Shown here: positions 49,781 to 59,502 of the stretch, piece by piece
Numbering within the stretch: the stretch's first letter is position 1
Layout: every line of letters starts with the position of its first letter
Assembly: GCA_044450345.1 (NCBI GenBank)
Contig: JBIOIY010000003.1
Coordinates: 64,001-128,000 of the forward strand
From: Thermodesulfovibrionales bacterium
GTDB lineage: Bacteria > Nitrospirota > Thermodesulfovibrionia > Thermodesulfovibrionales > UBA6898
DNA: 64,000 nucleotides
Direction of reading: 5' to 3'
Notes under the pieces: model-generated
The model's input: the letters and a program-made list of their open reading frames with translations, nothing else
Told to the model about the DNA's origin: nothing
Databases searched by the model: none
Translations under genes and position numbers: made by a program

Positions 49781-51127
49781 TTACCTGGATACGAGAGGCA
49801 CGTAGTCTTTTCTCAGTCCCGGTAATGATGAGTAATACGAGGGCCTTATCAGCTTTCCCTGGATGATCTCCTCTATCCTATGGGCTGACCAGCCTGCCAC
49901 CCTCGACATCGCAAAAATGGGAGTGAATAGCTCTTTCGGTATGCCCATGGACCTGTATACGAAACCTGAATAGAAATCGACGTTTGCCGACGCCACTTTC
50001 CCTTTTTTCTTTTCAACTATCCCGGGCGCCAGCCTGGCGATTCTCTTTAGAAGGTCAAACTCTTTGTCCATTTTGTTCTTTTTTGCGATCGCGGCAGCCT
50101 TCTTTTCGAGGACCACCGCCCTCGGGTCTGATTTGGTGTATACGGCATGCCCTATACCGTATATTTTCCCCGATTTATTGTTGGCCTTCTTGTCGAGGAT
50201 CTTTCCAAGGTAGTTTGCTACTTCATCGTCGTCGTCCCAGTTTTTTACGTGAGCTTTTATGTTTTCCAACATGCCTTCGACCGCTTCATTGGCGCCCCCG
50301 TGCAGATGTCCGGAAAGCGACGCTATCCCGGAGCATATGGCCATGTAGCTGTTCGCACCCGAGGATGACACGGTCCTGACAGTAAAAGTGGAATTGTTGC
50401 CGCCGCCGTGTTCGGCGTGAAGGACGAGCATCATGTCGAACAAGTTTGCAGTCAGTCTGTCCGGTTTTTTCCCCTGAAGCATGTAAAGGAAATTCTCCGC
50501 ATGGCTGAAATCCTCCCTGGGCTCGATGAGTTCGGGCAGCTTCTTGCCGCGGCAGGCCAATGCCCGGTAGTTGTATGCAACGATGGTGGGAACCTTTGCT
50601 ATCAAATCTATGCACTGCCTCGAAAGATCTTTTATGTTGGTGGAGTTGGGGTCGCCGTCAAAAAGGTGCATCGCAGATACCATGGTGTGAAGAGAACCCA
50701 TCTGGTCTTCATTGGAGGGGCTGTTGAGAATCATGGCTTTGGCTTCTTCGGGCAGGTGTCTTCTCTGGGCAAGCTCGGCCGTAAAGACATCAAGGTGCTT
50801 TTTTGTCGGCAGCTCTCCGGTAAGAAGGAGGTATGCTGTTTCTTCATAGCCGAACCTACCCTCCTCCTGTTGATGTCTGACGAGGTCTTTTACGCTATAA
50901 CCGCAATAGTATAGTTCGCCATCGAGGTCCAATTTCTTCTCGCTGCCGTCCCCCTGAATCTCTTTTTTATATCCGATTACCTGCCCTTTGCTCGTTATGC
51001 CCACGAAGACCCCCGTGCCGTCTTCGTTCCGAAGTCCGAGCTTTATGTTTTTATCCCTGACAAGCTCCGGCGAAATCTTGTCGTGTTCAAGTGCCAATTT
51101 TTCGATTATACTTAGAACGTTTTTCAT
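49781..51127 (-). CDS. gltA: Citrate synthase
   Basis: HAEHGGGNNSTF, HGGANE, GIGHAVY..DPRA, NVDFYSG. Confidence 0.92.
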   Translation of the reverse strand: MKNVLSIIEKLALEHDKISPELVRDKNIKLGLRNEDGTGVFVGITSKGQVIGYKKEIQGDGSEKKLDLDGELYYCGYSVKDLVRHQQEEGRFGYEETAYLLLTGELPTKKHLDVFTAELAQRRHLPEEAKAMILNSPSNEDQMGSLHTMVSAMHLFDGDPNSTNIKDLSRQCIDLIAKVPTIVAYNYRALACRGKKLPELIEPREDFSHAENFLYMLQGKKPDRLTANLFDMMLVLHAEHGGGNNSTFTVRTVSSSGANSYMAICSGIASLSGHLHGGANEAVEGMLENIKAHVKNWDDDDEVANYLGKILDKKANNKSGKIYGIGHAVYTKSDPRAVVLEKKAAAIAKKNKMDKEFDLLKRIARLAPGIVEKKKGKVASANVDFYSGFVYRSMGIPKELFTPIFAMSRVAGWSAHRIEEIIQGKLIRPSYYSSLPGLRKDYVPLVSR

Positions 51128-51299
51128 ATGTCTTACCTCAATATACTGTTATTACACTTCCGCAAGATCGGAGGCTAAGTAGTTTAACACATCTTTGCAT
51201 CTTGTATTGAGGTTACTGAGCGGTAACATATTTTTTATTTCAGATATGGAACACACCTCCTTATCCGCGGGCGCGAAGGAAATAAGCGACTTTCTCGCG

Positions 51300-51620
51300 C
51301 AGGTCGAAGAGGCCTTGTCGGTAAATTTGGCGGCTTTACTCAAGAGATTCGTAAGTATTTGCCTGACCTTGATAGGATCCAGCACTACATAGTGATTACT
51401 TGGATCAGCGATGACTTCTACATCCACTGGCTTGTTTCCCAGAAGTACGCGTGTTGTCTCACCGACCTCGCGCAGGGTCTCCGAGAGATCAAAACATTCA
51501 TAGATGACCTCCATCTTGCCGGCTTCGATCTTCGAAAGGTCGAGGATATTGGTGATAATCGCCCTGAGGTTGGTTGCGCTGAACATCAGGAGCGTCAGGC
51601 GGGTCCTCCCGTATAAAAGG
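51300..51620 (-). pseudogene. Histidine kinase remnant (end of HisKA plus N-box of HATPase)
   Basis: ILDLSKIEAGKME...DPIKVRQILTNLLSKAAKFT then homology stops; no H-box, no G-boxes; boundaries approximate. Confidence 0.75.
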
Positions 51621-51623
51621 TGA

Positions 51624-51815
51624 TCAGGCTGCCTTGATGTCGGCCTTGCAAGGCCCTCCGATGTATTCATCATTATTGTCAAAGAAAAACTGGGAATTAT
51701 AGGTATTACAATTTGTCCATCCGTCGCCATTGCAATTTTCTATCCTGGCACATTCCAGATGCCTCGGGCTCATTCCGACCATATCACAAATTGTTTCTTT
51801 CATATAGGGACACAT
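51624..51815 (-). CDS. Small Cys-rich protein, paralog A (63 aa)
   Basis: AAAGGAG RBS before ATG 51815; CPY..IC-x17-C-x4-W-x2-C-x2-Y. Confidence 0.7.
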   Translation of the reverse strand: MCPYMKETICDMVGMSPRHLECARIENCNGDGWTNCNTYNSQFFFDNNDEYIGGPCKADIKAA

Positions 51816-51874
51816 TTTGTTATCTCCTTTGATCATTTCGTTAAGGATTTGCTCGTCAAATGATTCGCAGAATA

Positions 51875-51917
51875 AGGTTAGCATACTCACGTTACATGAG
51901 TATGTCGGTTATATGAA
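51875..51917 (-). promoter_or_regulatory. Pho-box-like array plus -10 for paralog A
   Basis: TTCATA, GACATA, GTAACG at 11-bp period, then 9 nt and TGc-TAACCT. Confidence 0.5.
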
Positions 51918-52021
51918 ATTTTGAAGGCCTTTTGAAGAGAGCAGGTCTTGGCCGTTTTCCTCAGCCTGAGAAAAGCAAAAAAGCCTTCTCTTACGACAGC
52001 GGTAGTCCGATGTATGGTCTC

Positions 52022-52075
52022 TTAACGTAATTATAACGTTCACTTCATCATCCTGTAATAAAGAGTAATTACCAT
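52022..52075 (+). promoter_or_regulatory. Pho-box-like array plus -10 for dedA
   Basis: TTAACG/ATAACG/TTCATC/GTAATA at 52022/33/44/55, then 9 nt and TACCAT. Confidence 0.65.
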
Positions 52076-52096
52076 ATAAGCAATGAGGCGGCATTC

Positions 52097-52732
52097 GTGA
52101 GCGAATTATTTGCACTGGTTGAGCGGTTTCCCGGTATTGCATTATTTATCCTCCCTATTCTCGGAAGTATTGGACTCCCAATTCCCGAGGACGCTATATT
52201 ATTTTTGTGCGGCATATTGATTTCAAAAAAAAGCGTTTTACCCCTTCCCGGGCTTATGTCGGTATATGCCGGCATTTTGCTCAGTGATTTTCTTATCTAT
52301 TCCTTCGGGCGGAAATATGGCCGCTGGATTGTTACGCATAAGATATTCCTGAAAATACTTCCCCCCGAGAAGCTTGTCCAGTTGGAACGTGGATTCATCC
52401 GTTCGGGTCCTCTTATCATCCTGTTTGCCCGGCAATTCTTTTGGCTGCGCGCAAAAGTTTTTCTCGCAGCGGGCATAATGAAAATGCCGGTTAAAAAATT
52501 CCTGTTTATGGACGGCATCGCAGCCTTGTTTACGATCGGTGTTATCGTAACGCTTGGATATACAGGGGGGACTTTTCTGTCATATTTCAACCGTATTTTA
52601 CCTCAAATCGGCCGGATAAGCGGGATAGTGGTTGTTGTCATTGCGAGTATGGCTTTTATCTACTGGCTCTTAATCTTGCGAAACAGAAAAATATCTAAAG
52701 AGTCCAGGCTCCAGCTGAGCTGGCATAGGTGA
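52097..52732 (+). CDS. DedA-family membrane protein
   Basis: GLPIPED, D.LIY.FGRKYG, ARQFFWLR, AAG..KMP..KF. Confidence 0.9.
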   Translation: MSELFALVERFPGIALFILPILGSIGLPIPEDAILFLCGILISKKSVLPLPGLMSVYAGILLSDFLIYSFGRKYGRWIVTHKIFLKILPPEKLVQLERGFIRSGPLIILFARQFFWLRAKVFLAAGIMKMPVKKFLFMDGIAALFTIGVIVTLGYTGGTFLSYFNRILPQIGRISGIVVVVIASMAFIYWLLILRNRKISKESRLQLSWHR

Positions 52733-53439
52733 AAACCGGGTGTGAAATACTGCGTAGACTTCTTCTGGCGACGATCATTGCTTCTTTGTTTTTCATTGAA
52801 GCAGACGGGGCCGCGGCGGGCCTGCCATCTCAACTTTTAATCGGCTTTGACGGACCAACACGGGATAATGGTATGCCTCAGCAGCCGTGGACCGTCAGAC
52901 TCAGGGAAGGAAAAGCCGGCGCGAGGGTGACATCGGACGGAGAGAGAAAAGTGCTCCATCTGAAATGCCTGAACTCGTCTTTTGCCGTTGAACGGAGCCT
53001 TGCTGTTGTCCCCAGCGAGTACCCTCTGGTAAGTTGGGAATGGAAGGCGGTGAAACTGCCGGCATCCGGTGATCTTAGGGAAAAAAGGCGGAATGACCAG
53101 GCAATGCAGATACTACTCGTCTTTGAAGGGAACAGAGTCATCAGTTACGTCTGGGACTCCAATGCCCCTGAGGGGACGATCAGAGATGAGTCTATCGGAT
53201 GGCCGCTTAACCTTCGGGTCAAGGTACTTGTAGTAAAGTCAGGGCATGAAGGCGTTGATACATGGCTTACGGCAATGCGGAATATTTACGAAGACTATAA
53301 GGCCTTGTTTCACGAAGAGCCTCTCCGACTTGTGGGACTGCGGGTCCAGATGAACACACAATACACGAAAGACAGTGCCGAGGGCTTCGTGGGGAAGATC
53401 GCATTTTCTCAGGATTACAGGGCTGCGGTGAGCCGGTAA
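52729..53439 (+). CDS. DUF3047-like exported protein
   Basis: Signal peptide; YPLVSWEWK..LP..GD....NDQA, YVWD, RNIYEDYKALF. Confidence 0.75.
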   Translation: MKTGCEILRRLLLATIIASLFFIEADGAAAGLPSQLLIGFDGPTRDNGMPQQPWTVRLREGKAGARVTSDGERKVLHLKCLNSSFAVERSLAVVPSEYPLVSWEWKAVKLPASGDLREKRRNDQAMQILLVFEGNRVISYVWDSNAPEGTIRDESIGWPLNLRVKVLVVKSGHEGVDTWLTAMRNIYEDYKALFHEEPLRLVGLRVQMNTQYTKDSAEGFVGKIAFSQDYRAAVSR

Positions 53440-53497
53440 CCGGCTTATTCAAGATCTCTCGATTTCTGCATGCAAGCCTGCCGGGGAGCTCACGTTC

Positions 53498-53551
53498 TTC
53501 ATGATAATTTCATCAGGTTGTAATAATGACTTAACAAAAAGCGCGTATTAT
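53498..53551 (+). promoter_or_regulatory. Pho-box-like array plus -10 for the metallophosphoesterase gene
   Basis: TTCATG/TTCATC/GTAATA/TTAACA at 53498/509/520/531, then 9 nt and TATTAT. Confidence 0.65.
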
Positions 53552-53727
53552 TGGTATGCGAGAGTTTGTTCTTCTCAGCAGACGTTTAATCAACGAGAAA
53601 TATTCTGGGTCTTCCGGTAGAGGGGAGGAGGCGAGGGAACCGAAAATCAACTGCGGAAGGTAGAGGCGGCATGACAGGAGCAACTGGCAGGAAAACCAAT
53701 GTAAGCAGGCGAAGGAGGAATTTTGTA

Positions 53728-54885
53728 ATGTACCAAGAGAAGAAGGTATTTCGTTTCAAATCGGTAGTTACGTTTTCACTAAGCATGATAATGATCGCAG
53801 TGATGATGGTGAGTCTCGGCGGCTGTGGCAGTTCGTCCGATCCTCAGCCAGTGTTTAAGTTTGCCGTCTTCGACGACAGCCGGGCAGCCTCCGGCGCGAC
53901 GGGGACAAAAAACGGCGACAATAACGGTGCCGCGGCGCTCGTGGTGAACACCATTGCAAAGGACATTGCTACCCAGGGCGTAGATTTCGTTTTGTTTCCC
54001 GGCGACATGGTCAGCGGATATACCGACTCGACCACGTTAAGCTCTGAGTTGGACACCTGGAAAACAGCCATGGCGCCTGTCTACAGTGCCAACATCCCCG
54101 TCTATACCACTCGCGGAAACCACGAGTACGACGATCTGACCAATGGCACCGGCAACCCGGCTGATCCCAGCAGGGCGCCGTATCTGGCCCATTTCTCGAT
54201 GCCTACAAACGGACCGACGACCGGAGCTAACGGACTGAGTGAAGCGGGACTGACCTACTCCTTCACCTGGAAGAATGCGAAGATCATCGGGTTCGACCAA
54301 TATGCCGGTCGCAGCGCAACAACCTTCAACAACACCCTCTATGCGCCGGGTTCCAATAAAGGGCAGATGATGAACCCCTGGGTCCTCAACGAGGTCAATA
54401 ACTCCACCGCCGGCCTGACCTTTGTCATGGCCCACGAGGGTTTGTGGCCCACCAAGTCCCATCCCGACACCCTGGCCAACGACCCCGACAGCCGTGACGC
54501 CCTGGTGACCGCTTTGGCCGCAAAGAACGGCACGTATCTGGCCGGACATGACCACATGTTCCTCCGCGCCGTCACGAACAACGGCAGCGGCGGCAAGGTC
54601 CCGACGTTGGTCGTGGGCAGCGGCGGCGGAGGCAACTACGACTATGCCGAAGTGCCCTCCACTGTTTATAACGGCTACACCGGCAAGACTAATTACACTG
54701 TACAGAAGCACTTTGACAACAGCGCTAACCCATATTTCGGGTACGTGGTGATCACCGTCTATTCCGACAACACATGGAAAGGAGAATTCCACGGTTTCCA
54801 GTTCAACAAATGGAATGACGCAACAGACCACTCACTAACGCCGATCACGGTAATGGACTCATTCACTAGCGCTGACTTTAAATAA
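53728..54885 (+). CDS. Calcineurin-like metallophosphoesterase lipoprotein
   Basis: LGGC lipobox; FDDSR, PGDMV, RGNHE, MAHE, AGHDH; AAGGAGG RBS. Confidence 0.88.
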   Translation: MYQEKKVFRFKSVVTFSLSMIMIAVMMVSLGGCGSSSDPQPVFKFAVFDDSRAASGATGTKNGDNNGAAALVVNTIAKDIATQGVDFVLFPGDMVSGYTDSTTLSSELDTWKTAMAPVYSANIPVYTTRGNHEYDDLTNGTGNPADPSRAPYLAHFSMPTNGPTTGANGLSEAGLTYSFTWKNAKIIGFDQYAGRSATTFNNTLYAPGSNKGQMMNPWVLNEVNNSTAGLTFVMAHEGLWPTKSHPDTLANDPDSRDALVTALAAKNGTYLAGHDHMFLRAVTNNGSGGKVPTLVVGSGGGGNYDYAEVPSTVYNGYTGKTNYTVQKHFDNSANPYFGYVVITVYSDNTWKGEFHGFQFNKWNDATDHSLTPITVMDSFTSADFK

Positions 54886-54924
54886 ACAGACACGATGGCC
54901 CTGAAGGGTTCGGCTTGCAACGAG

Positions 54925-54955
54925 AAAGCCGCCGGGAAGATCCCCGGCGGCTTTT
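54925..54955. terminator. Bidirectional terminator
   Basis: AAAGCCGCCGGG-loop-CCCGGCGGCTTTT. Confidence 0.85.
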
Positions 54956-55033
54956 ATTGTCTGGATACGACGGAAGATACGTGAGGCCGGAGGCGCAGAG
55001 GTCCAGACCGGAGACCTCTGCCGGGGCATGATT

Positions 55034-56392
55034 CTATAACAATTTTGCGCCCTGCTGGGCCAACCGGGACCTTACGCTCTCGCTCAGATTCAGGAAACAG
55101 AAGTTCTCCTCCTGTATGAACTTACTGATCAGATATGCGAGTCCGTTGCTCATGGCATCCAGATAAGGTGTATCTATCTGATCGAGGTCGCCGGTGAAGA
55201 CGATTTTAGTCCCCTCGCCGCATCTCGTGATGATCGTTTTGACATCCAACGGCCGGAGGTTCTGGGCCTCATCAATGATGAAGTATCTCCTCGGCAGGCT
55301 TCTTCCCCGGATATAGGTAAGGGCCTCGATCTGGAGCACGCCTGAATCGATCAAATATTGAAAACTCTTATATCCATAGAGGGCGGTATTGTCCTTTACC
55401 TGGTCTTTCGGCGTGCGTACTATGACCTCGAGACTATCGAAGATCGGCTGCATCCAGGGCGCAAGTTTCTCGCCCACATCTCCGGGAAGGTAGCCGATAT
55501 CATTTCCCATAGGAACAATCGGTCTTGCCACGACTACCTGCTCGTAGAGGGGCGATTTTTTCGTTGTCTGATGTATTGCGGCGGCCAGAGCGAGGAGGGT
55601 TTTGCCTGTTCCCGCGGTTCCGGTCAACGCCACAACCTCGATATCGGGGTTGATCAGGGCATCGATTGCGCATCGCTGCTCGATGTTCTTCGGAGATATG
55701 CCATCGAGCGATTTGCCATTTCTGATCTTTGATGCGCCGTCCCTTCCAATCAGCCGATATATATCATCGGCTTCTTTCAGATACCTGACGGAATGAATGC
55801 CGTTACGGTAATCACCATCGTTCAGAACTTTCCCGTACTGTTTGAATATCGATGTCTTGTCGTTTTTGTAATCCTCCGCATTAAGACCGAAAGACTCGGC
55901 CTTTATTCTTACCGCAGTGTCCTTTGACACCAGTATCACGCGAGGCGCCACCCCGTTTTTGTCCAGGGATTCAGATCTGGCGATTGAAAGGGCGGTGCTG
56001 ATGATCTGGTTGTCCTCAACGCTGCAGTCAAGGGTAGAAGGCGCCGCCTCATTCTGCCCGGTGCTGACTAAAAGGACACCGCCCTGCTTCAGGGTTATCC
56101 CGGACGAGAGAGAACCTCTTTCCCTCAGGGAGTCTATTATCCTCAAGACCTTCCTCGCAGAAGCTGCAATTTCTCCCGGGCCTTTTTTTAGCCTGTCAAG
56201 CTCTTCGATTACGACAAAGGGGATTACAATATCGTTCTCATCGAACCTGAAGATCGAACTTGGATCGTGAATCAGGACATTGGTATCGAGCACGAAGATT
56301 TTTTTTGTCTCTTCCGGTTCCCTTTCACCGCAATAGTGATGCAAGGGACTTTTCAATTCGGACACCTTGTTCATAGGACCCTCCGTAGACAT
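55034..56392 (-). CDS. phoH: PIN-PhoH (PhoH2/YlaK-type) protein
   Basis: FVLDTNVLIHDP PIN domain; GTAGTGKT, GYLPG, YIRGRSL, DEAQNL, GDLDQID. Confidence 0.93.
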   Translation of the reverse strand: MSTEGPMNKVSELKSPLHHYCGEREPEETKKIFVLDTNVLIHDPSSIFRFDENDIVIPFVVIEELDRLKKGPGEIAASARKVLRIIDSLRERGSLSSGITLKQGGVLLVSTGQNEAAPSTLDCSVEDNQIISTALSIARSESLDKNGVAPRVILVSKDTAVRIKAESFGLNAEDYKNDKTSIFKQYGKVLNDGDYRNGIHSVRYLKEADDIYRLIGRDGASKIRNGKSLDGISPKNIEQRCAIDALINPDIEVVALTGTAGTGKTLLALAAAIHQTTKKSPLYEQVVVARPIVPMGNDIGYLPGDVGEKLAPWMQPIFDSLEVIVRTPKDQVKDNTALYGYKSFQYLIDSGVLQIEALTYIRGRSLPRRYFIIDEAQNLRPLDVKTIITRCGEGTKIVFTGDLDQIDTPYLDAMSNGLAYLISKFIQEENFCFLNLSESVRSRLAQQGAKLL

Positions 56393-56538
56393 ATTTTATT
56401 TAAAGCGGGAAAGTGCCGGAAAATAAATCGACAGGGGAATAAAGCATACTGCAGGCCGCAGGGAAATGCGTCATGGCCGAAAATTCTTGCAGCGGCGCTA
56501 TGTAACTGAGTCAAGATAGCTGCCATTCAATTAGTTAC

Positions 56539-56581
56539 ATTATGGCATACAATTGTTACAGTAACGTTACGTTTCTGATAA
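56539..56581 (-). promoter_or_regulatory. Pho-box-like array plus -10 for phoH
   Basis: TTATCA/GTAACG/GTAACA at 11-bp period on the minus strand, then 9 nt and TGc-CATAAT. Confidence 0.6.
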
Positions 56582-56682
56582 ATTACATCTTCGAAAAATA
56601 AAATCCTTGATAAATCTTATTAATTTCCGCTGCGGTATTGAAGGACCTCGACGGATCAAGCAGGTAAACACGGCCTCGCGAT

Positions 56683-56736
56683 TTCATGGATGTGTAACGG
56701 CATCGTCATCGAATGGTAAAGTTGCCGGTGTATAGT
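56683..56736 (+). promoter_or_regulatory. Pho-box-like array plus -10 for mgsA
   Basis: TTCATG/GTAACG/GTCATC/GTAAAG at 56683/694/705/716, then 9 nt and TATAGT. Confidence 0.65.
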
Positions 56737-56768
56737 ACATGGTAACTACCAGGAAAGGGGAGTGACAT

Positions 56769-57254
56769 ATGGATAAGAAGACAAAGGAGATTTTCATGAG
56801 AGAGCGGAAGAAGATAGCCCTCGTTGCTCATGACAACAAGAAAAAAGACCTGCTCGAGTGGGTGCTTTATAACAAGGACGTGCTGTTGGCGCATGATTTG
56901 TACGCGACAGGAAGTACCGGAAGCATGCTCTCGGGAGCTTTGGATACCCCCGTATACTGCTTCAAAAGCGGGCCCCTCGGTGGAGACCAGCAGATAGGGG
57001 CGAAGATTGCTGAAGGAGAGATTAATCTCGTTATTTTTTTCTGGGACCCCCTGGAGCCCCATCCCCACGATGTCGACGTAAAGGCCCTTCTCAGAATAGC
57101 CGTTGTGTACAATATTCCTATCGCTTGCAACAGGGCATCGGCCGACTTTATCATTTCCTCACACCTCCTGAACGAACAATACCCGAGGATCGTGGTTGAT
57201 TACGAAAGTGTCCAGATTGCCAGGAACAATGAATTGAATGATCCGTCCCGATAA
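56769..57254 (+). CDS. mgsA: Methylglyoxal synthase
   Basis: IALVAHD.KK, ATGSTG, SGPLGGDQQIG, FWDPL.PHPHDVDVKALLR. Confidence 0.97.
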   Translation: MDKKTKEIFMRERKKIALVAHDNKKKDLLEWVLYNKDVLLAHDLYATGSTGSMLSGALDTPVYCFKSGPLGGDQQIGAKIAEGEINLVIFFWDPLEPHPHDVDVKALLRIAVVYNIPIACNRASADFIISSHLLNEQYPRIVVDYESVQIARNNELNDPSR

Positions 57255-57334
57255 TGTGAAGTGAGTCGGCCGGACAGCGGTGAGGGCGGGAATCGGTAGC
57301 TCGGCGTAGGCCCGTCAAAGTCCGCAAGACATTT

Positions 57335-57388
57335 GTAATAGAAATGTAATGTTTCCTTCACACTGCGGTAATATTTGTCCTTTACACT
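57335..57388 (+). promoter_or_regulatory. Pho-box-like array plus -10 for the second phoB
   Basis: GTAATA/GTAATG/TTCACA/GTAATA at 57335/46/57/68, then 9 nt and TACACT. Confidence 0.68.
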
Positions 57389-57428
57389 AATCATACCCTA
57401 TGACACCTGATCTTAACATATAGGCATT

Positions 57429-58124
57429 ATGCCTGATATTCACAAAATTCTTGTTGTTGACGACGAACCTGATATTGTCGATTTGGTGTCCTACAATCTC
57501 AAAAAAGAGGGTTTTACCGTATCCACGGCATCTGACGCGGAAGAGACATTGGAAAAAATCAGGACGGGGGACTTTTCCCTTATTCTCCTCGATCTGATGC
57601 TCCCCGGCATGCAGGGCATGGAACTCTGCCGGATCCTCAAGAAGGACGCCAAAACAGAAAATCTCCCCATTATCATGCTTACGGCAAAGGTCGAAGAAGT
57701 CGACAGGGTCCTCGGCCTTGAGTCCGGCGCTGACGACTATATCACAAAGCCCTTCAGCCCAAGGGAACTGGTTGCGCGTGTCAAGGCAGTCCTGAGGAGG
57801 TCGGCCTCGAAGGCCGCAGATGAGGATATTATTCGGATCGGAGAACTCATCATCAACAAGGGAACCTATACGGTGACAAAGGGTGATTCACTCTTAGATC
57901 TCAGCGCCACCGAGTTTAAACTGCTTCTCTATCTTATAGAAAAAAAAGGGAAGATATGCGACCGGGAGCATCTGTTGAAGGCCGTATGGAAATACGATGC
58001 CTACGTTGAACCGAGGACAATCGATGTTCACATAAGAAGGCTTAGGACACAACTTGAAGACGACCCTGCAAATCCCAGGCATATCAAAACGAAGAGGGGG
58101 ATCGGTTATTATTTTGAGGCATGA
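57429..58124 (+). CDS. phoB: OmpR/PhoB-family response regulator (PhoB-like, copy 2; no adjacent kinase)
   Basis: Close paralog of 47337..48038 (LDLMLPG.QGMELCRIL; EPRTIDVHIRRLR..EDDP.NP..IKTKRGIGYY). Confidence 0.82.
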   Translation: MPDIHKILVVDDEPDIVDLVSYNLKKEGFTVSTASDAEETLEKIRTGDFSLILLDLMLPGMQGMELCRILKKDAKTENLPIIMLTAKVEEVDRVLGLESGADDYITKPFSPRELVARVKAVLRRSASKAADEDIIRIGELIINKGTYTVTKGDSLLDLSATEFKLLLYLIEKKGKICDREHLLKAVWKYDAYVEPRTIDVHIRRLRTQLEDDPANPRHIKTKRGIGYYFEA

Positions 58125-59380
58125 CAAACCCTAACAAGAGAACTTCTTCCGACACTGGATTCCTCTGGGGTGTAGCAACATCCGCCTTTCAACTCGAAGG
58201 CTCGCCCTATGCGGACTGGACGACGTGGGATGAAATACTAAGTGAAAAGCCCGACATCACCAATCATTACATCCTCTATAAGGAGGACCTGGCCTTATTA
58301 AAAGACCTCGGCGTAAACGCCTACCGTTTTTCTCTCGAATGGAGCAGGATACAGCCGCGCGAAAGAGTCTGGGACGAGAAGGCGATAAGACATTATCAGG
58401 AAATTGTCGAGATACTCGTGGACAACCACATTGAACCGATGCTTACCCTGAATCACTTCACTCATCCCTTCTGGTTCATGAAAAAATATCCATGGCATGA
58501 AGATGCATCGGTCGAAAAATTCCTCATCTTTGTGGAAAAGATGGTCCGGACATTTGAAGGGGTGAGGTATTGGATCACATTCAATGAACCGTATGTGCTT
58601 GTCCTCGCCGGCTATTTTGAGGGCTGTACGCCCCCCGCTATCAAAGATGCATCGCTGGGGGTGAAAGCCTTGACGAACATCCTTAAGGCCCATGGGCGGG
58701 CCTATGATGTAATCCATTCACATATTCCGGATGCGATGGTGAGCATAGCGCACAATATGGCATCATTTGCCCCATGGAGCAAATGGAACCCCCTTGACAG
58801 ACTCCTCGTAAAGATCGCGAAACACTTTTACAACCATTCCCTTCTGGATGCTTTTCTGAGCGGCTCCCTAAGTATCAAATTCCCATTCAGGAAGGCGATC
58901 GAAATCGCAGTCCCTATCAAGGGTAAGCTGGACTTTTTCGGCGTCAACTACTACACAAGGATGCATCTTCGCTTCAATCCATTAAAAAAAATGGGGATTG
59001 AGATGAGACACAGGGACATCGACGGGCACGGACTTACCGACATGGGATGGGAAATCCACCCTCGAGGGCTCGAAAAGGTCCTGCGCAACGCGTCGAAACT
59101 AAACGTTCCCCTGATAATTACGGAAAACGGCATTGCCACCCGCGACAGTCAGAAGAAGATACGGTTTATGCAGCGGCACATTGATGTTCTGGAGAAGTGC
59201 AGACGGGAAGGGAGGGACATCAGAGGATATTTTTACTGGACCCTGATCGACAACTACGAATGGCTCCAAGGGCTTGATTCGCGGTTTGGGCTGTATACCG
59301 TTGACTTTCAGACCCTGGAACGCAGACCGACGAACGCAGCTGCATACTATTCATATCTTATTAAGAGCAGAAAGCTCTGA
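58121..59380 (+). CDS. Glycoside hydrolase family 1 (beta-glucosidase-like)
   Basis: FLWGVATSAFQLEG, YRFSLEWSRI, TFNEP, ITENG, DNYEW; ATGA-coupled to phoB copy 2. Confidence 0.95.
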   Translation: MTNPNKRTSSDTGFLWGVATSAFQLEGSPYADWTTWDEILSEKPDITNHYILYKEDLALLKDLGVNAYRFSLEWSRIQPRERVWDEKAIRHYQEIVEILVDNHIEPMLTLNHFTHPFWFMKKYPWHEDASVEKFLIFVEKMVRTFEGVRYWITFNEPYVLVLAGYFEGCTPPAIKDASLGVKALTNILKAHGRAYDVIHSHIPDAMVSIAHNMASFAPWSKWNPLDRLLVKIAKHFYNHSLLDAFLSGSLSIKFPFRKAIEIAVPIKGKLDFFGVNYYTRMHLRFNPLKKMGIEMRHRDIDGHGLTDMGWEIHPRGLEKVLRNASKLNVPLIITENGIATRDSQKKIRFMQRHIDVLEKCRREGRDIRGYFYWTLIDNYEWLQGLDSRFGLYTVDFQTLERRPTNAAAYYSYLIKSRKL

Positions 59381-59410
59381 TCTGCTGCTTTTTCTTCCTC
59401 ACCCGTAATC

Positions 59411-59464
59411 TTAACAAGAATGTAATCCTTCCTTAATGATGCCGTAACGATCATATCGTAAGCT
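59411..59464 (+). promoter_or_regulatory. Pho-box-like array plus -10 for the PHP-GT operon
   Basis: TTAACA/GTAATC/TTAATG/GTAACG at 59411/22/33/44, then 9 nt and TAAGCT. Confidence 0.68.
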
Positions 59465-59502
59465 AACAACAGTATGGTAAACAAATTGAGAATTAGGCCG
59501 TA

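Noticed and set aside
51152..51730. 192-aa ORF as an intact histidine kinase
   Set aside because: It lacks the phospho-His box and G-boxes, and its N-terminus overlaps Cys paralog A in another frame; called a remnant.
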